A DNA stretch of 64,000 nucleotides from Callorhinchus milii. Its lineage: Eukaryota. The stretch lies in contig NW_024704743.1 of assembly GCF_018977255.1 (NCBI RefSeq), positions 31,684,001 through 31,748,000 of the forward strand, in the 5' to 3' direction. The notes beneath the pieces are model-generated. The model was not told the origin of the DNA. It made no database searches and worked only from the letters and a program-made list of their open reading frames with translations. Positions 36,108 through 48,879 of the stretch are shown here, in pieces. The position numbers were made by a program, and so were the translations under genes. Positions within the stretch are counted from its first letter, which is position 1. Each line of letters opens with the position of its first letter.

Positions 36108-36460
36108 ATAATAATAATTCTTTCACTTGATGTAGCGCCTTATCATGTCTTCGAGACCTCTCAAAGCACTTCACAGAATATACCGTAAAGTGAATTGACT
36201 GTATATTTTGTGGGCAAAATGCAGCAGCCAATTGCACACAGCAGTGTCCTACAAATAGTCGTTGATTGAGTGACCAAATTATTAGTTTTTTTTAAGGAGT
36301 TATTACCCCCGGAAAAGCGATCCGCCAATCAACTAACAACCGGGTTCCTACTTACTGCTAGATAAACAGGCAATTTGAGTAAGGAAACTTGCCTAAGGTT
36401 TTGCCCTGTTTGGGAGTTTCTTGCAAGGTGAGTGCTCTCACCACCATGTACAGGACTTCC
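36108..36460 (-). mobile_element. SINE family B, near full length
   Basis: Tail, Deu-like body, central module CCTACTTACTGCTAGATAAACAGGC, degenerate tRNA head. Confidence 0.88.
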
Positions 36461-39400
36461 CTGGCTATAGGACTCTCTTGGCCTTAGCCAAGTCGTCAAG
36501 CTAGCATCTTATCACTTAAAACACATCACACAGTGAGTTACTTAGATGTGTTATGACTGTTTTATGAATGGCAGTTTATCTGTGCCAGCAATGTCCCAGA
36601 AACAGTCAGAAGATAAATGCCCAATCAATCTCCCTTGTGGAAAATTTCTAGATGAGACAGGAATATTGATCTGGATGTATTTTTATTTCAATGGTTTGCA
36701 GCTAACATTACAGTAATACAACTACACCTGATGTCCAAGTAGTGTTATTGTTATAATTTTATTTTCATTTTTCAGTATCACTGTGTTTGAACTGAGAACA
36801 TATAAAACTGCTCAGCTCAGGGAAATAGGAGTAAACCTGCCAGCAGTCTAATAGTTAAATTAATACAAATCCATTTGTTAGAGCATAGTGGGATGCTTAG
36901 CATCATTATAAAATCTGTGTGCAGTTGTACGCTGTGAAGAGCTAATAAAGTATTTGTATTGCAGCATCATTCAGTTGGAGGGAACATCTGATTGAAAGCA
37001 TGCCATTAATATTAACTTTGCAGGGCAGGTTTGAAACCAGAAATGAAGCATTCCAAAAGCATGCATAACAGACCGTGGCTGGTAGCTCTCAGAATGCTGC
37101 ACACGTTGGGTGTAAAATCTAAATACCCTATAATGTCAATAATTGATGCTCTTGAGAAGTGGTAATTAAATTAGTTAATTACGCTGGTGAAATTACATGT
37201 AATTATGTGACTGCAGGGTACGCTCAGTAAATTACTCCCTCCAATACTCAGTGCATGTTTCTTTGCCAATTTTGTTGCCTGATGAATAGGTGGCTTTTGG
37301 AACATCTTAATTAAATTAATGTTTGCATCTTCAATTTAGCTCTCGATTGTAAGACATTATTTCTGCGCAGTTTTTTTTCCCCCCTGATATAAATTTATTC
37401 TTTTTGGAGGCTATATCGAAACCAATAAATGATGGATGGCGACAAGATAAGCTCTATCAACCTCCTCAAGATGATTTACTTGGAAAGCTTGAGGTTTGTA
37501 CCCTTTTTTCCGCCAGTGGAAGAATGTTACTGACTAAGGATTGATTGCAGAGAAGGTGTTGGATCATGATGGCATGATAATGTGAAGAGGTAATGTGTGT
37601 AATTCATAATGAATCTTTTTTTTAGCATCAGAAGAGCAACTCATCTGAAACAATGGCAGGAGAAATAATTGAACCAATCCTAATTCTCTTTGAGCTGTTT
37701 GAAACAAGGTGAAAACAAAAGAGATCAAAGCCTCGATACAGTTGATAATAGATCAGCATTTTAAATACGGTGCAAGTTTTTCACTCTTGGGGTCTCTGTC
37801 TCATCAGCGTGTTTCTTTTCCCTTTTGGGAAGCAGGGACCCTTTTATGCCCAGGGTTAGACAAGCATCTCCAGGGCTGCTTCCCATGCCTGTTTGTGATC
37901 AGCCAGCAGGAGGTGGGCTTCTTGCCAGCATTGGCTTCCCCAGGCACAGATGTCTACCAGGGGACCCAGCTGAGAACTGGTCTACACACCAAATGAGGGC
38001 AGAGGATTTCAATGCCATTGCAGCTTGCTTGGTGAGAGAGGGGGTGGGGGTGGGTTCTAACACTCAACAGACGAAGCTTGTGTTCCTTTCTACACCAGCA
38101 GTGCTAAGCTCCAAGACTTGTTAAATTCAACCCTTAGCCTGAAAACAGTTTACTCCTCTTATCGTCCTTAATTAATCAAAAAGCAAACAAACCACGGAAT
38201 GTGTTTCATACCAACCTGCATCACCACTATGACAATTATTTGAAACATTTTAACAACATGGCGCATCACATGCCTTTGCAAAAGAGTTTCTATTGCTGTG
38301 CATAAAGATTTCTGGTCACGTCACTTTGTATCCTAGCAGCAGTGATAAATAAACTTCTTGCTTCAAGACTTAAATATTTATCCCTGCGCTGCTCACATGG
38401 TGTTTGGAGAGCACTGCCTAACATCTGTGTCAGGGTTGGCTCTCATCTTTTCTAACATTGGATTTCTGTTGGTGGTCGCACAAGGGTATCAGTGCAGCTG
38501 TCAAATACCAGAGTGCTGAACTCCTCCAGGTTAATCGATCATTTACCTTGTGACCGCTTGCGGAGCTTTGCTGGGGGGCAAACAGCTTCCACGTTTGTTT
38601 TCCAAACAAAATTAGCCACTAAACTTGATAATAATTAGTTGTGAAACACTTTGAGACGTTCCTATGAAATAAGGGGGTATCAAAATTGTATGTTCTTTTT
38701 TCTGTTTCGTGATGTATTGCCTGACCTCACTCACCACCCACCCACTTACTGCTGCTTTGGCCTTGATCCTTTATATGCTCTGTTTATTTTTCTCTGGGAA
38801 CCTTCACTCCCCATCCCTAACCAGTATCAATGGAATTTCTCCCACAAAATTCCTTAGGGCAGGGGTTGCATCCCACTTAGGAAGGCGTGGAACTCAATGG
38901 ATCCACCAGCACCACGGATGCTCCTAGCACAGAACTGATTGCACTGAACATTGTATTGACAAATTACTGTGAGAATCGTAATTACTATAACCGCATGAGA
39001 GAGCAACTGATTTCACCTTGTTAGTGTCCGATCCTCTAAATGTGAAGGGCAAACCTCTTGTTACATTAACTCAGTGAAGCATCTTCACTCAGTTAGCCAT
39101 TGTTGAGTACTCCGAGACGCTACCCTGAATGAAGGACACTATATAAATGCAAATGGTTGTTGTTCAAACACAGTCACTCCACTTTACAGTATACCCTGTG
39201 AAGAGTTTTGCAACATCCTCCTAACATGAACGGTATTAAATCAAATGTAAGGATTATTATGAATATTTACTAGATGCTGATTCCTGATATTTCTTCTCCC
39301 TCATGTTTTTTGGAAGTCCAATTTGCAATGTAGCTTAAGTTGATTCATTGACAATTTTTTCTGTTCAGCCAGGTGTCTGACACACATGGAAACTCATTAA

Positions 39401-39909
39401 AATGTTGAAGAGTATCCAAACCAGACAGAGTTCCACGTATGTATACCACCTACACATGGGAATTTCTGTGTGTCTGGAATGGAATGCACACTCTCTCTGG
39501 AGGATTGCACCCTGCTTACCCAATTCCAGAATTGGGGTCGGTTGTTGAATCTGAACCTTAGGGAACACAGAGTGTCCAGTGCGGTACAACTGGAGCTTAA
39601 TCAACTAAGATCATATTATTTGCCATTGTAATTGTAATTAATCAGGTATGCAAATGGGAAACTTCCCATAACTACATGTCTGTCACATTGAGCAGCACAA
39701 ACTCAATGTGGTCATGATACACTACCAAGAGGAAATCTCATGGGTTGATGGGAATTTTAACAGGATTCCTATTAGATCCCAACATTTCTCCAGATCCATC
39801 CTAACCTTTCTGGTTGCTGAATAGGTTACTCTCACCTTGTTCATGGTCTATCCTCTAAATGTGAAAGGCAAACCACTTGTTAGATTAACTAGATCCTTGC
39901 ACTCGTCTA

Positions 39910-40260
39910 CAAATCCCTTCATGCTCCGGCACCTCCCTACCTCTCTGACCTGCTTTCTCTCCAGTCCACTACCCACTGCCTCCACTCGGCTGGCTTTGGC
40001 CTCCTGCTTGTTCCTTGTCCCCTCCGCTCCACCATTGTCAGCCGCACATTCAGCCAATCTTCCCCCAATCCCTCCGTCTTGTCCCCTCCTTCCCCTCTTT
40101 CAGATCACAAATGAAGATCTTCCTCTTCGACCCTTCCCCTTCGACCGTGCTTATGGTCACATCCCCCTTCACCTGGCTCAGCCTCAGGCCCCGCCACTGT
40201 TAAACACTCCGAGACTTTGACCCACATGAAAGGCCTTGTATAAATGCAAGGTGTTGTTGT
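39910..40260 (+). mobile_element. Older L2 3' fragment
   Basis: ACAAATCCCTTCATG..CTCCCTACCTCTCTGACCTGCT, then the tail ATAAATGCAAGG(TGT)n. Confidence 0.75.
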
Positions 40261-40384
40261 TATATTGAGGCACAAATCGGGTGCTATGGCCACTCTTCAT
40301 GAGTGAACCCAGACAGTTAAATATCAGGAGCCTATTTGATGGTGGAAGCATTGCACTTGCTGTCACCATTATTGTATAATGGGA

Positions 40385-40556
40385 ATCCTGTTGGATTTTT
40401 ACCCTTCCTTAGTTCTGTGGTGCTGATCTCTTCTACTGCTACCCAGGAGAAATGAACTAAGTCAGCGCATACCAGGGGGAATCAAACTAGGGACATTCCT
40501 GATCCACTTAGCGTAGAACTGAACTTAACATTGCCATCTGAGCCATCAGGACAGCT
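40385..40556 (-). mobile_element. Family C SINE head
   Basis: On - strand: A box TGGCTCAGATGG and B-box-like AGTTTGATTCC. Confidence 0.55.
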
Positions 40557-42714
40557 CCAGGAATAATATTTTTAAATATGTTTGAATTCTTTTTCCTGTA
40601 TAAATCTGTTCGTTCTGTGGCTTCACCTGTGCAGGCGGCCAGCATGGCAGTGCTAGCCTAATTGGCAGGTTGACAAACAGGTAACACACACATGCATTGT
40701 AAGCTCCCACACAAGAGGTGGAAGACTACAGCATAGTGACTTTTGGACCTGAAATTCCAGCCAGGCAATTCAAAGTAATGTTATTTTTAATTATTATTTT
40801 TAGCTCGAGAGTGTCAGAGCAATTGAGTTCCAAGCACCAGATTCTGAACTGGAAGCACTCCATTATGGTCCACTGTGGACCTCTGAAATTGAAGATGTTG
40901 TTTCCCCTCTTGCTAATTTTCTCTTCCAATTTTGTCCCCGGCCACTCCTCTTCTGAAGGAATTTGACTCTTACTTTTCTGTCTACTGGAGTAGAGTTGCA
41001 CAACCACTGGGTATCCTCCAGTAACATGTCATTGTTCATGTGTGAACAATTGTTCATGTGTAAACTTTTATAACAGTGAGTGTCAGCAGGTTATTTCACT
41101 GAAGAGGTATCCCAACGACTTGGGACATCCTCCCGACCTGAAAGGCGCTATGCATTTATAATTTTGTATTGTATTGTATAGACCATTCTTGCCCATTCAC
41201 GACTGCATTTCCAGAGGGGAGTCTGTGTATAGTGATAACAACAACAACAACTTGGATTTATGTAGCGCCCTCCATGCCGGACGGCGTCTATTCCTGGATA
41301 AAGAATCTAAATCCTGCCTGAATTTTCATCCTTAACGGAAAGTGTTGAAAACAAATTTTATGTATCTATAATGATCCTTCTGGGGCAGGGAATCCTCCTA
41401 CTTAGCTCCTGTTAAGCCTGCAAGCCAAAGCCTAATTGGTAGGGTGGTCCTACCTGGACAAGCAGTGGAAAAGCTTGCCAGACAGTGCTATCAATGGCAA
41501 GCTATGCAATTTTAGCTGGTTACACTCCAGCAGTACCCCAGCACACACTCTGGATCCATAATTGCATTCTGGCTAGTTCCACCAGGCCTGTCCTGGTCTG
41601 AATGTCTTAGATATTCACTGGATAATCTCACTGATTGGGCAGCTATTGAAGTTCTGAGCAACTCTAGGTGTTACCTGCCATGCCACCTGTTACACAATTT
41701 ACCTGGAATACGGGCAGCATCTGAAGACTGAGCAAAGGGTTACCACCCTAACGCTTTGGAGATTTGAAAGATAAGTAGGAAATGAACAACACTTCCAAGA
41801 CTTTTATTTATTGCTAAATCATTCCCATGTTAGAATTCCTCATGAAAAGAATTTTGTTCCTGTGTGCAAATTGACTGCCGAGTTTACCCACAAAACACAC
41901 AGTCACTGCACTTTTCAATAAATCCTGTGAAGCACTTTGGGTTGTCCTTCAGACATGAAAGGGGCTATACCTAATTTAAGGATTATTATTATATTATTTA
42001 AGATGGTATATTTATTATATCCCTCAAACTGTGACCAACGTGACATTCAATTCAGTGAGACCTGAAAGAGCTCACTACCGTCTTGTCTGTCTGGACATGG
42101 AACCAGATTATGGAACTGAATTGCATTTCTCTTAATGGATTTCTTAACATAAGAAATGTACAGTTATCCAATTTCTAAAATATTGAATATACTGGATTAT
42201 AATGGTTCAATATTGAACCATTACTGAATACATTCTCAAGCACATTCAGTGTTTTACAAACTTGGAAAAGACACAATTCTTATTATGAAATCTGTTATGA
42301 AATACCACAAATTAGGCCCTTATGTTAAAACACAGATGAAATCCCATAAATTGAAAGAGAAATATAAAATTATTCGAATTTCAGAAAATTCTTGGATTTC
42401 AAACAGATAAAATAAACTTTAAGGATGATTATAATTTGCTTATACGTGCTTCCTGTCTGTTCAACACAGCTGTAACTACCAGAAAGTATTTGATGAGAAA
42501 CCTTTGGTGACGTTAACATTATTGGTTTAGTAGCAGGTATTCCCTGTGGTCTGGCATTAGTCCAGGTTATGTTTCTTTATCCTAGTTTTGCCCCTACAAG
42601 TGTGATATGTTAAACTGATCAAACAGTACTAGTATAGCTAGTCAAAAGAATTACAAAACTAGTTATTTTTGTTATTATAGTTGTGTGTGTGTTTGGGGGC
42701 GAGTTGCTGGTGGG

Positions 42715-43025
42715 GAGGTTGCTGCATTGTTGGAGGTACCATTCTTTGGATGTGCTATTAAACCAAAGTCCCATCTGTCTGTTCAGGTGGATGTTGAAGG
42801 ATCGATAGCGCTTTCGAAAAAAGAGAAAGAAGTTCTTCCCTGTGTCCTGGCCAGCAGTCTCCCAAATAAAGCTGGTTCCTGATTTCATAGTTGTATGTGG
42901 GACATTGTTATGTACACACTGGCTTTGTGTTTGCCCACTAAATACGCAGTCATTCCACGTTACATTAATCCTGTGAAAGATGATCTCCCAATGTGAAGGA
43001 AGCAATATCAAATTCAAAGATTCTA
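42715..43025 (+). mobile_element. Deu-type SINE (family A), 5'-truncated
   Basis: TTGGAGGTACCATTCTTTGGATG..TTAAACCAAAG..CTGTTCAGGTGGATGTTGAAGGATC. Confidence 0.8.
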
Positions 43026-43609
43026 CCATATTAGATATTTTCCTTTTAGAGAACGATTCATTTTAGTAAGCTCCCCGGTGACATTTTATACAGGTAACAG
43101 TCCAAATGTTCATCCAATTTGTTTTTATCAATTTACACAATTTGCATACTAAACACAGCAAAGGGAAATAATAAAAAAAACCTTGCATTTGACATAGCGC
43201 CTTATGACATTGTCAAGATGTTTCAAGCACTTCATGGGATTTACTGTAAGGTGTAGTGACTGTATTTTCCAGATAATATTCAATGCGCTTTGTCTCATTA
43301 AAATACAAAAGCTGAAACATTTATTTAACTGGTCAGAAAGTTCAGAGAATTCCTTATTTTTTTCTTATGGCGTACCTGATACTTAAAAGCGATTAGTCTT
43401 AATAAAACTATGCCTGGAACCACAGCCAACAAACATTCCTGTGGTTAGATTCCTGGGATGTGTGGTTTTTCCTATAAACTTCCCACATCTTTATCATATG
43501 AGTTGCTTTGGCAGGTGTTTCTAATTCCTGTCACTGCCTGGAGTGGAGGAATCCACATGACAGAAAATCTAAGAAGCAAAAATATCTAACCAGGTTCTGT
43601 ACTGAAATT

Positions 43610-43930
43610 TCCTTCAGATGAGACATTAAACCAAGTTACCGTCTGCTTAGTCAGCTGGCCATTAAAGATCCCAAGGCACTATACAAAAAGTGAAAGGAGT
43701 TTCTCCCAATGTTTTGGCTAACAATCGTCCAGATAAAATTGATCATTCCCGCTATGGGTCTTTGTGGGACATTGCTGTGTGCAAAATTGGCTGCTGCATC
43801 TGCCTACAAAACATACAGTCACTACAGTTTACAGTGTATTCGGTGACGCACTTTGAGACGTCCTCCTGAGATGTCCCACAAACAGCCATGAAATGAATGG
43901 TCAATTTTACTTGGAGAATTGTTGGGCAGT
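43610..43930 (+). mobile_element. Deu-type SINE (family A) fragment ending in a short inverted piece (about 43872-43930)
   Basis: CTTCAGATGAGACATTAAACCAAG..AAAGATCCCAAGGCACTAT..GTGGGACATTGCTGTGTGC, then ATGTCCCACAAACAGCCATG on -. Confidence 0.8.
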
Positions 43931-44085
43931 ACACAAATGGCTACTTGTGGTGCAGCATTACAAATTCTAATAATCCACTGCGTTAAAAAGTTTAACTCTT
44001 CCAGTAATAATCCTGATCTTATGTTCCCACAGTTGTTAATTCACAAAGCAGTCAACATGATCCCAAGGTAAAATCTGAGACCTGT

Positions 44086-44552
44086 GGAATGAAATTCCAC
44101 CTAGTCCTAACCTGTAAGACCTTTTTGTCTTTCAATTTAAGAATACGCAAAATTGTGAAAAAATCCTTACATTTTAGTATTATTTTGGGAGAAGGTTTTC
44201 ATAAAAAGAACAGGCTCCCAGATTAAGCCTGAAGTTTTAGGCAATTTTGTGCAACTTGAAACTTTAAGACAAAATAGGCAGATATTTCACTTTAGTCTAG
44301 GCTTAAATTAATATATAACATTATGGAGCAACCAGAATTTGGCAAATTTTTAAATGCATTCATAATTTTGATGCCAGTTTTCTGTAAATTCTTTTAAGAA
44401 TTACCACGAAAACAGTCTTTGGAATTAAGACAAAAATTGTCAATTTAGCAGATTCTGGTTGCTCTAAATTGCTGCATAAATAGAGTAAATTTCAACACAG
44501 GAAATACTCATTAAATAGTCTTACAGGTTAAAGCTTAATGGAATTTCATGCC
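44086..44552. mobile_element. MITE type A with MITE type B nested inside (about 44278-44505)
   Basis: Terminal inverted repeats at 44086-44120 and 44518-44552 are complementary at 28/35 positions. Inner arms are GAGCAACCAGAAT and ATTCTGGTTGCTC. Confidence 0.75.
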
Positions 44553-46854
44553 CTTGAAGTAAGTGCCATTATAAAGTGTCATATCCAAGGCATTAATTAT
44601 TTTGTTCCAAATCCTGGTAGATGTTCTGTGTGTTTCCTGCTTTTATTTCAGATTTCCAGCATTGAGTTTCTGTTTTTACTGCTGTTAGGCCTGATGTTGA
44701 TCACTTAAAACAGAAAATAACCGAGGGAGCTACAAAAAAAAACTGTCTAGTTCTAGTTGAGCTTGTAACCAGAGAGCTCACCAATATATTGATCAACTTG
44801 TAAGCGATCGGACACAGATTCACTGGATATACTTGGAGTAGTAGTAAGTTCTATACTGAGGGAAACGTTGTGGATCTTTGTAACAACATATACTCTCTTG
44901 ACTTTGTTATGGATCTCAATGTAAGTCGTCAGAATGGGGAGGGAATGAACTCAAAGGCCAATACAAATAAGGAGGTGGGAAGAGCAGAGCTTTGTTCTCT
45001 TTGTGAAGGTCTGGGGCCTTTTGGTCTGTGCTTATTATTTTTATAAAGTTATCACAGAAACCTAATTACTTTGTTGATGAAATAAGTCTGCTCTACCATA
45101 AGCTTCTTCGGCCTCAAAGGATATTATCACCACTCCCTCCACAGTCTCCCTGCCTGGTCTTCTTATATTCTCATGATAAAACCTCTTTTTATTAAAGTAA
45201 CCCTGATCCTCCCTGCAGAAATGTGGTAATAAATAGGCTGTAGTCTTGTTGCAATATGTACAAGAGTTTTGCAACCGCTGTTGATGATGGAGCTATTGCA
45301 CAAGAGCACATCTTTGTCTTATTTAAGCAAGGCTGGAATTATAGTTGAAACTTGTCCCAGAAATAGTTGTTTTACTCTGCAACATCAACAATTTGTAGTT
45401 TCTCCTAGTTTGCTAGCCAGCAATTCCACCCCAAATTAAAAATTGGTCAATCATTTAATGGCTGATTGTGAGATACTGCTGTGTGCAAGTTGATTTCTAA
45501 TTTGCCTACAAAGTACACTATTACTACACTTCACAGTAAAATCCTGTGAAGTGCTTTGAGACATCTCAAAAACAACAACAAATTGTATTATATAGTGTAT
45601 TTTACGTTAGGAGACAAGGCTTATTAAGGATTATTACATTTTGAAGGTGTATTTGTGATTAAGGTGTCTTTTTATCTCTAGGTAGTGCAATTTTAAACAG
45701 ATAAATCAAAATGAATGAACGTAGGAGACTAAGTGGCATTTTGGATTTAAACACAATGGTTTTACATCTGAGATCTGGATTTGAATCCAACCGGGGCTGA
45801 AACTATGAACGTTTCCTCTCTTTGTTAGCAGTAATGAAAGAAATGAGAATGTATGGAAGAAAAGGTAGCTCTACCTATCCCTCTGAAATAAACATGGGCA
45901 CAAAGCTCCACAAATTAGGAAAACCACTCAGCGAAGCCTCAAGAATAATTCATGTGGAAAGTGTAATAATCTATAGTCATTTCACATTGGGCATTCACAC
46001 AATAATATAAATCCTTGCATTTTGATACAACGGCTTATCACATCCTTGGGACTTCTCAAAGCGCTTCACAGTATATATTGTAGTGTGAGTGCTTATCTTG
46101 TGGTTGAAAGTGGGAGCTAATTTGTGAACAGCAACGTCCCAGTGCAGGTTGAATTTAAATCCAGATGCCAGAGATGAAGGGCACAGTGTCCGTCCACTCT
46201 GTTACCCAGACTCCGTCATTCACTACTGAATTTTAACCAATTTGATATTGGTCAGTATAATGGTAGAAACCTGCATCAATAAAAAAATGAATTAAGAAAT
46301 GTCTGTTTTGTTAAAGTATTGAGTACTGGGTGACTTTAGGAGGTTTGAAAGCAAGAGTATTGTACAATTTAGAGCTGTTCAAAATATTTTCCCATTGCAC
46401 AGGAAACTGTGAAAAAGGGAGTTAGATATTTACAGTACAAGTCACTGATTTCCCTGCAAACCCTCTGAGTTGACAAAAGATAATTTGCACATCGGTTACT
46501 TGTTATTCTGACTGCTGTTAACCCCACAGCATTGATAATCTAATGCATCTTCTTAATACAAGGTCTGTGAGATATTCAGTCATAAAGAACTCTGCTTATA
46601 GAGTATATAGAGTATATGCAATTAGAAACGTGGAGGCAACACGTGATAGGATGGCCACCATCGAGGCTGCCTATGATGCTTATTTACAGGGAAGCCATAA
46701 TTATTTCATTCAAAAGCATGCACTTCAAGTTTAATATTCAGGATTGTTATTTGTATGACTGTAAAGCTGCACAAGAAGCTAAGATGCACAAGAAAGACCA
46801 ATAAAAATAATTCAGTCTTGTACTGTTTAAAGGAATATTGGAGGGTACAGGTTC

Positions 46855-47215
46855 AGACTTTGATTTCAAGATCCTCACCCTCACCTAGAAGTCTCTTCGT
46901 GCCATACAAATGTATTTTTGTTGCTTTTGTTGTTGCCCTGGCATCTGTCCTCTCCGACCGGCTCCTCTACCCACCCCTTTGCTCAGCTGGTTTTCTGCAT
47001 GTCCCTTGATTCCTCTGGTTCACCATCAGCGGATTTGCTTTCAGCCAATGAGCCCTGAACCTCTTTGCCCATCTCCAGATCACGCTTGATGATTTTCCTC
47101 TTCAACTGTGCTTACGGTCACCTCTGTTTTCTCCCTGGCTCGATGTAAAACTACACCATTGTTTAGTGCTCCAAGACACTACCCCACTGAAGGGCACTAT
47201 ATAAATGCAAGTTGT
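46855..47215 (+). mobile_element. Older L2 3' fragment
   Basis: GATTTCAAGATCCTCACCCTCACC..CACCATCAGCGG..GCTTTCAGCC, then the tail. Confidence 0.75.
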
Positions 47216-48041
47216 TGCTCTTGGTTGAGACGACTGCATTCTCAAAAGGGGATTGGAGAGGGAGCAATGTTTTTTGTGGAAGGATAGAGGGCAGGGTTAG
47301 ATAGTGGTGATTTGAGGATGGAGGAAATGTTATGGAGAAGTTTTACTTGGTTACTTTTGAGGTCGAAAAGTCTCTATCCCAAGATTTCTCCTCGGAGATG
47401 GAGTCATGGGGTAATATGCACAATAGGGTAGGTTTTTGTGTGGATGCTGGTGCAAGTGAGCTTGATAGGTTAAATAGCCTTTCCTTGTTCCATGTCTTCG
47501 TATGAATATTGTACAGAAAGGCTATGTTTGCTCTTGTAATGTACAGAGAAAACGTGCAGATATCAATAAAATGGTGATTAGATAGCACTTCAGTTCCTAT
47601 CACATCTATAATTATGTCACCTCTGTTTTCTCCCTGGCTCGATGTAAAACTACACCATTGTTTAGTGCTCCAAGACACTACCCCGCTGAAGGGCACTATA
47701 TAAATGCAACATGTCTCAAATTCAGAGGTCAATAAGAAAAACACATCATAGTAAAAAATAGAATAAAACTGTTTCCCACAAGCTCCAGCTGTGCGTATTT
47801 ATAACAGAAGCTGGAATGTTTTTCAAGGATGCAACATGTCTCAAATTGAGAGGTCATGGAGCCACTGCTTGAGGTTTGATTTTGTGGCTTGTGATGCCAT
47901 CTCACATTGCTTTTTGACATTGCAGACTACTCTGTGCTATCCTTACAGAGACCTGCTGAAGATTGGATGTTATCCCACAAGATATACATTCACTCCACTT
48001 TACAGTATATCTTGTGAAGTACTTTGAGTTATCCTCCTGAC

Positions 48042-48290
48042 ATAATAATCCTTGCATTTGATATAGCTCCTTATCATGTCTTCGAAGTGTCTCAAAGTGC
48101 TTCACAGAATATACTGTAAAGTGAACTGTATATTTTATGGGTGAATCGCAGCAGCCAATTGCATACAGCAGTGTCCCGCAAACAGTTATGGATTGATTGA
48201 CCAAATTATTATTTTTTTAATTAATTTATTTTTTTGATGGGGTTATTAATCAATCTGCCAATTGATTAACACCTGGGTTCCTACTTACTG
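48042..48290 (-). mobile_element. SINE family B fragment
   Basis: Tail, body and part of the central module (GGGTTCCTACTTACTG). Confidence 0.85.
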
Positions 48291-48424
48291 AAAGAATGTG
48301 GTTGAACTTGCGCAAAGATGTCCATGACAGAATGGCCAGTGAAGTGGTTGCCTCCACAGTCATGTACAGGTTATAATAAATTCAAACAGAATAAAGACTC
48401 ACAATGTAATGCAAACACTCTATC

Positions 48425-48690
48425 CATCCTTTGGATGAGAAGTTAAATCACGGCTATATATGCCTGTTCGAGTGGATGTTAAAGCTCCCATGGAACTATT
48501 TGAAAAGAGAAGGGAATTTCTCCTGGTGTCTTGATTAACAATCCCCCAAATAAAATTGGTCATGGCTGTTTGTAGGACATTGCTGTGTGCAAATTGGCTG
48601 CCATGTTTGCTTACAGTATATCCTGTGAAGTGATTTGGGACTTCACCTCCAATAGTGTAAGGTGCTATACCAATATATAAGGATTAATAT
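48425..48690 (+). mobile_element. Deu-type SINE (family A) fragment
   Basis: CTTTGGATGAGAAGTTAAATC..GTGGATGTTAAAGCTCCCATGG. Confidence 0.8.
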
Positions 48691-48768
48691 TTTTTGTAAA
48701 TATAGATGTTTGTGATTGGGGAATTTATAGGCAAAGGATAAACATCAGGGTACAAAGTTTTGTTTCAC

Positions 48769-48795
48769 TTGATTGATTGATTGATTGATTGATTA

Positions 48796-48850
<55 letters not shown>

Positions 48851-48879
48851 AATTGATTGATTGATTGATTGATTGATTG
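48769..48879. repeat. (GATT)n microsatellite
   Basis: Directly visible, with two AATT interruptions. Confidence 0.98.

Noticed and set aside
39741..40405. Apparent inverted repeat AACAGGATTCC / GGAATCCTGTT as transposon ends
   Set aside because: The right arm lies within the family C SINE fragment, so the pairing is probably coincidental.
44138..44150. Partial matches to known miRNAs (TAAGAATACGC here; TGGAAGACTA near 40719; TTGCATAGTCA near 35760)
   Set aside because: Only 10-11 nt match, with no full mature sequence and no precursor hairpin.
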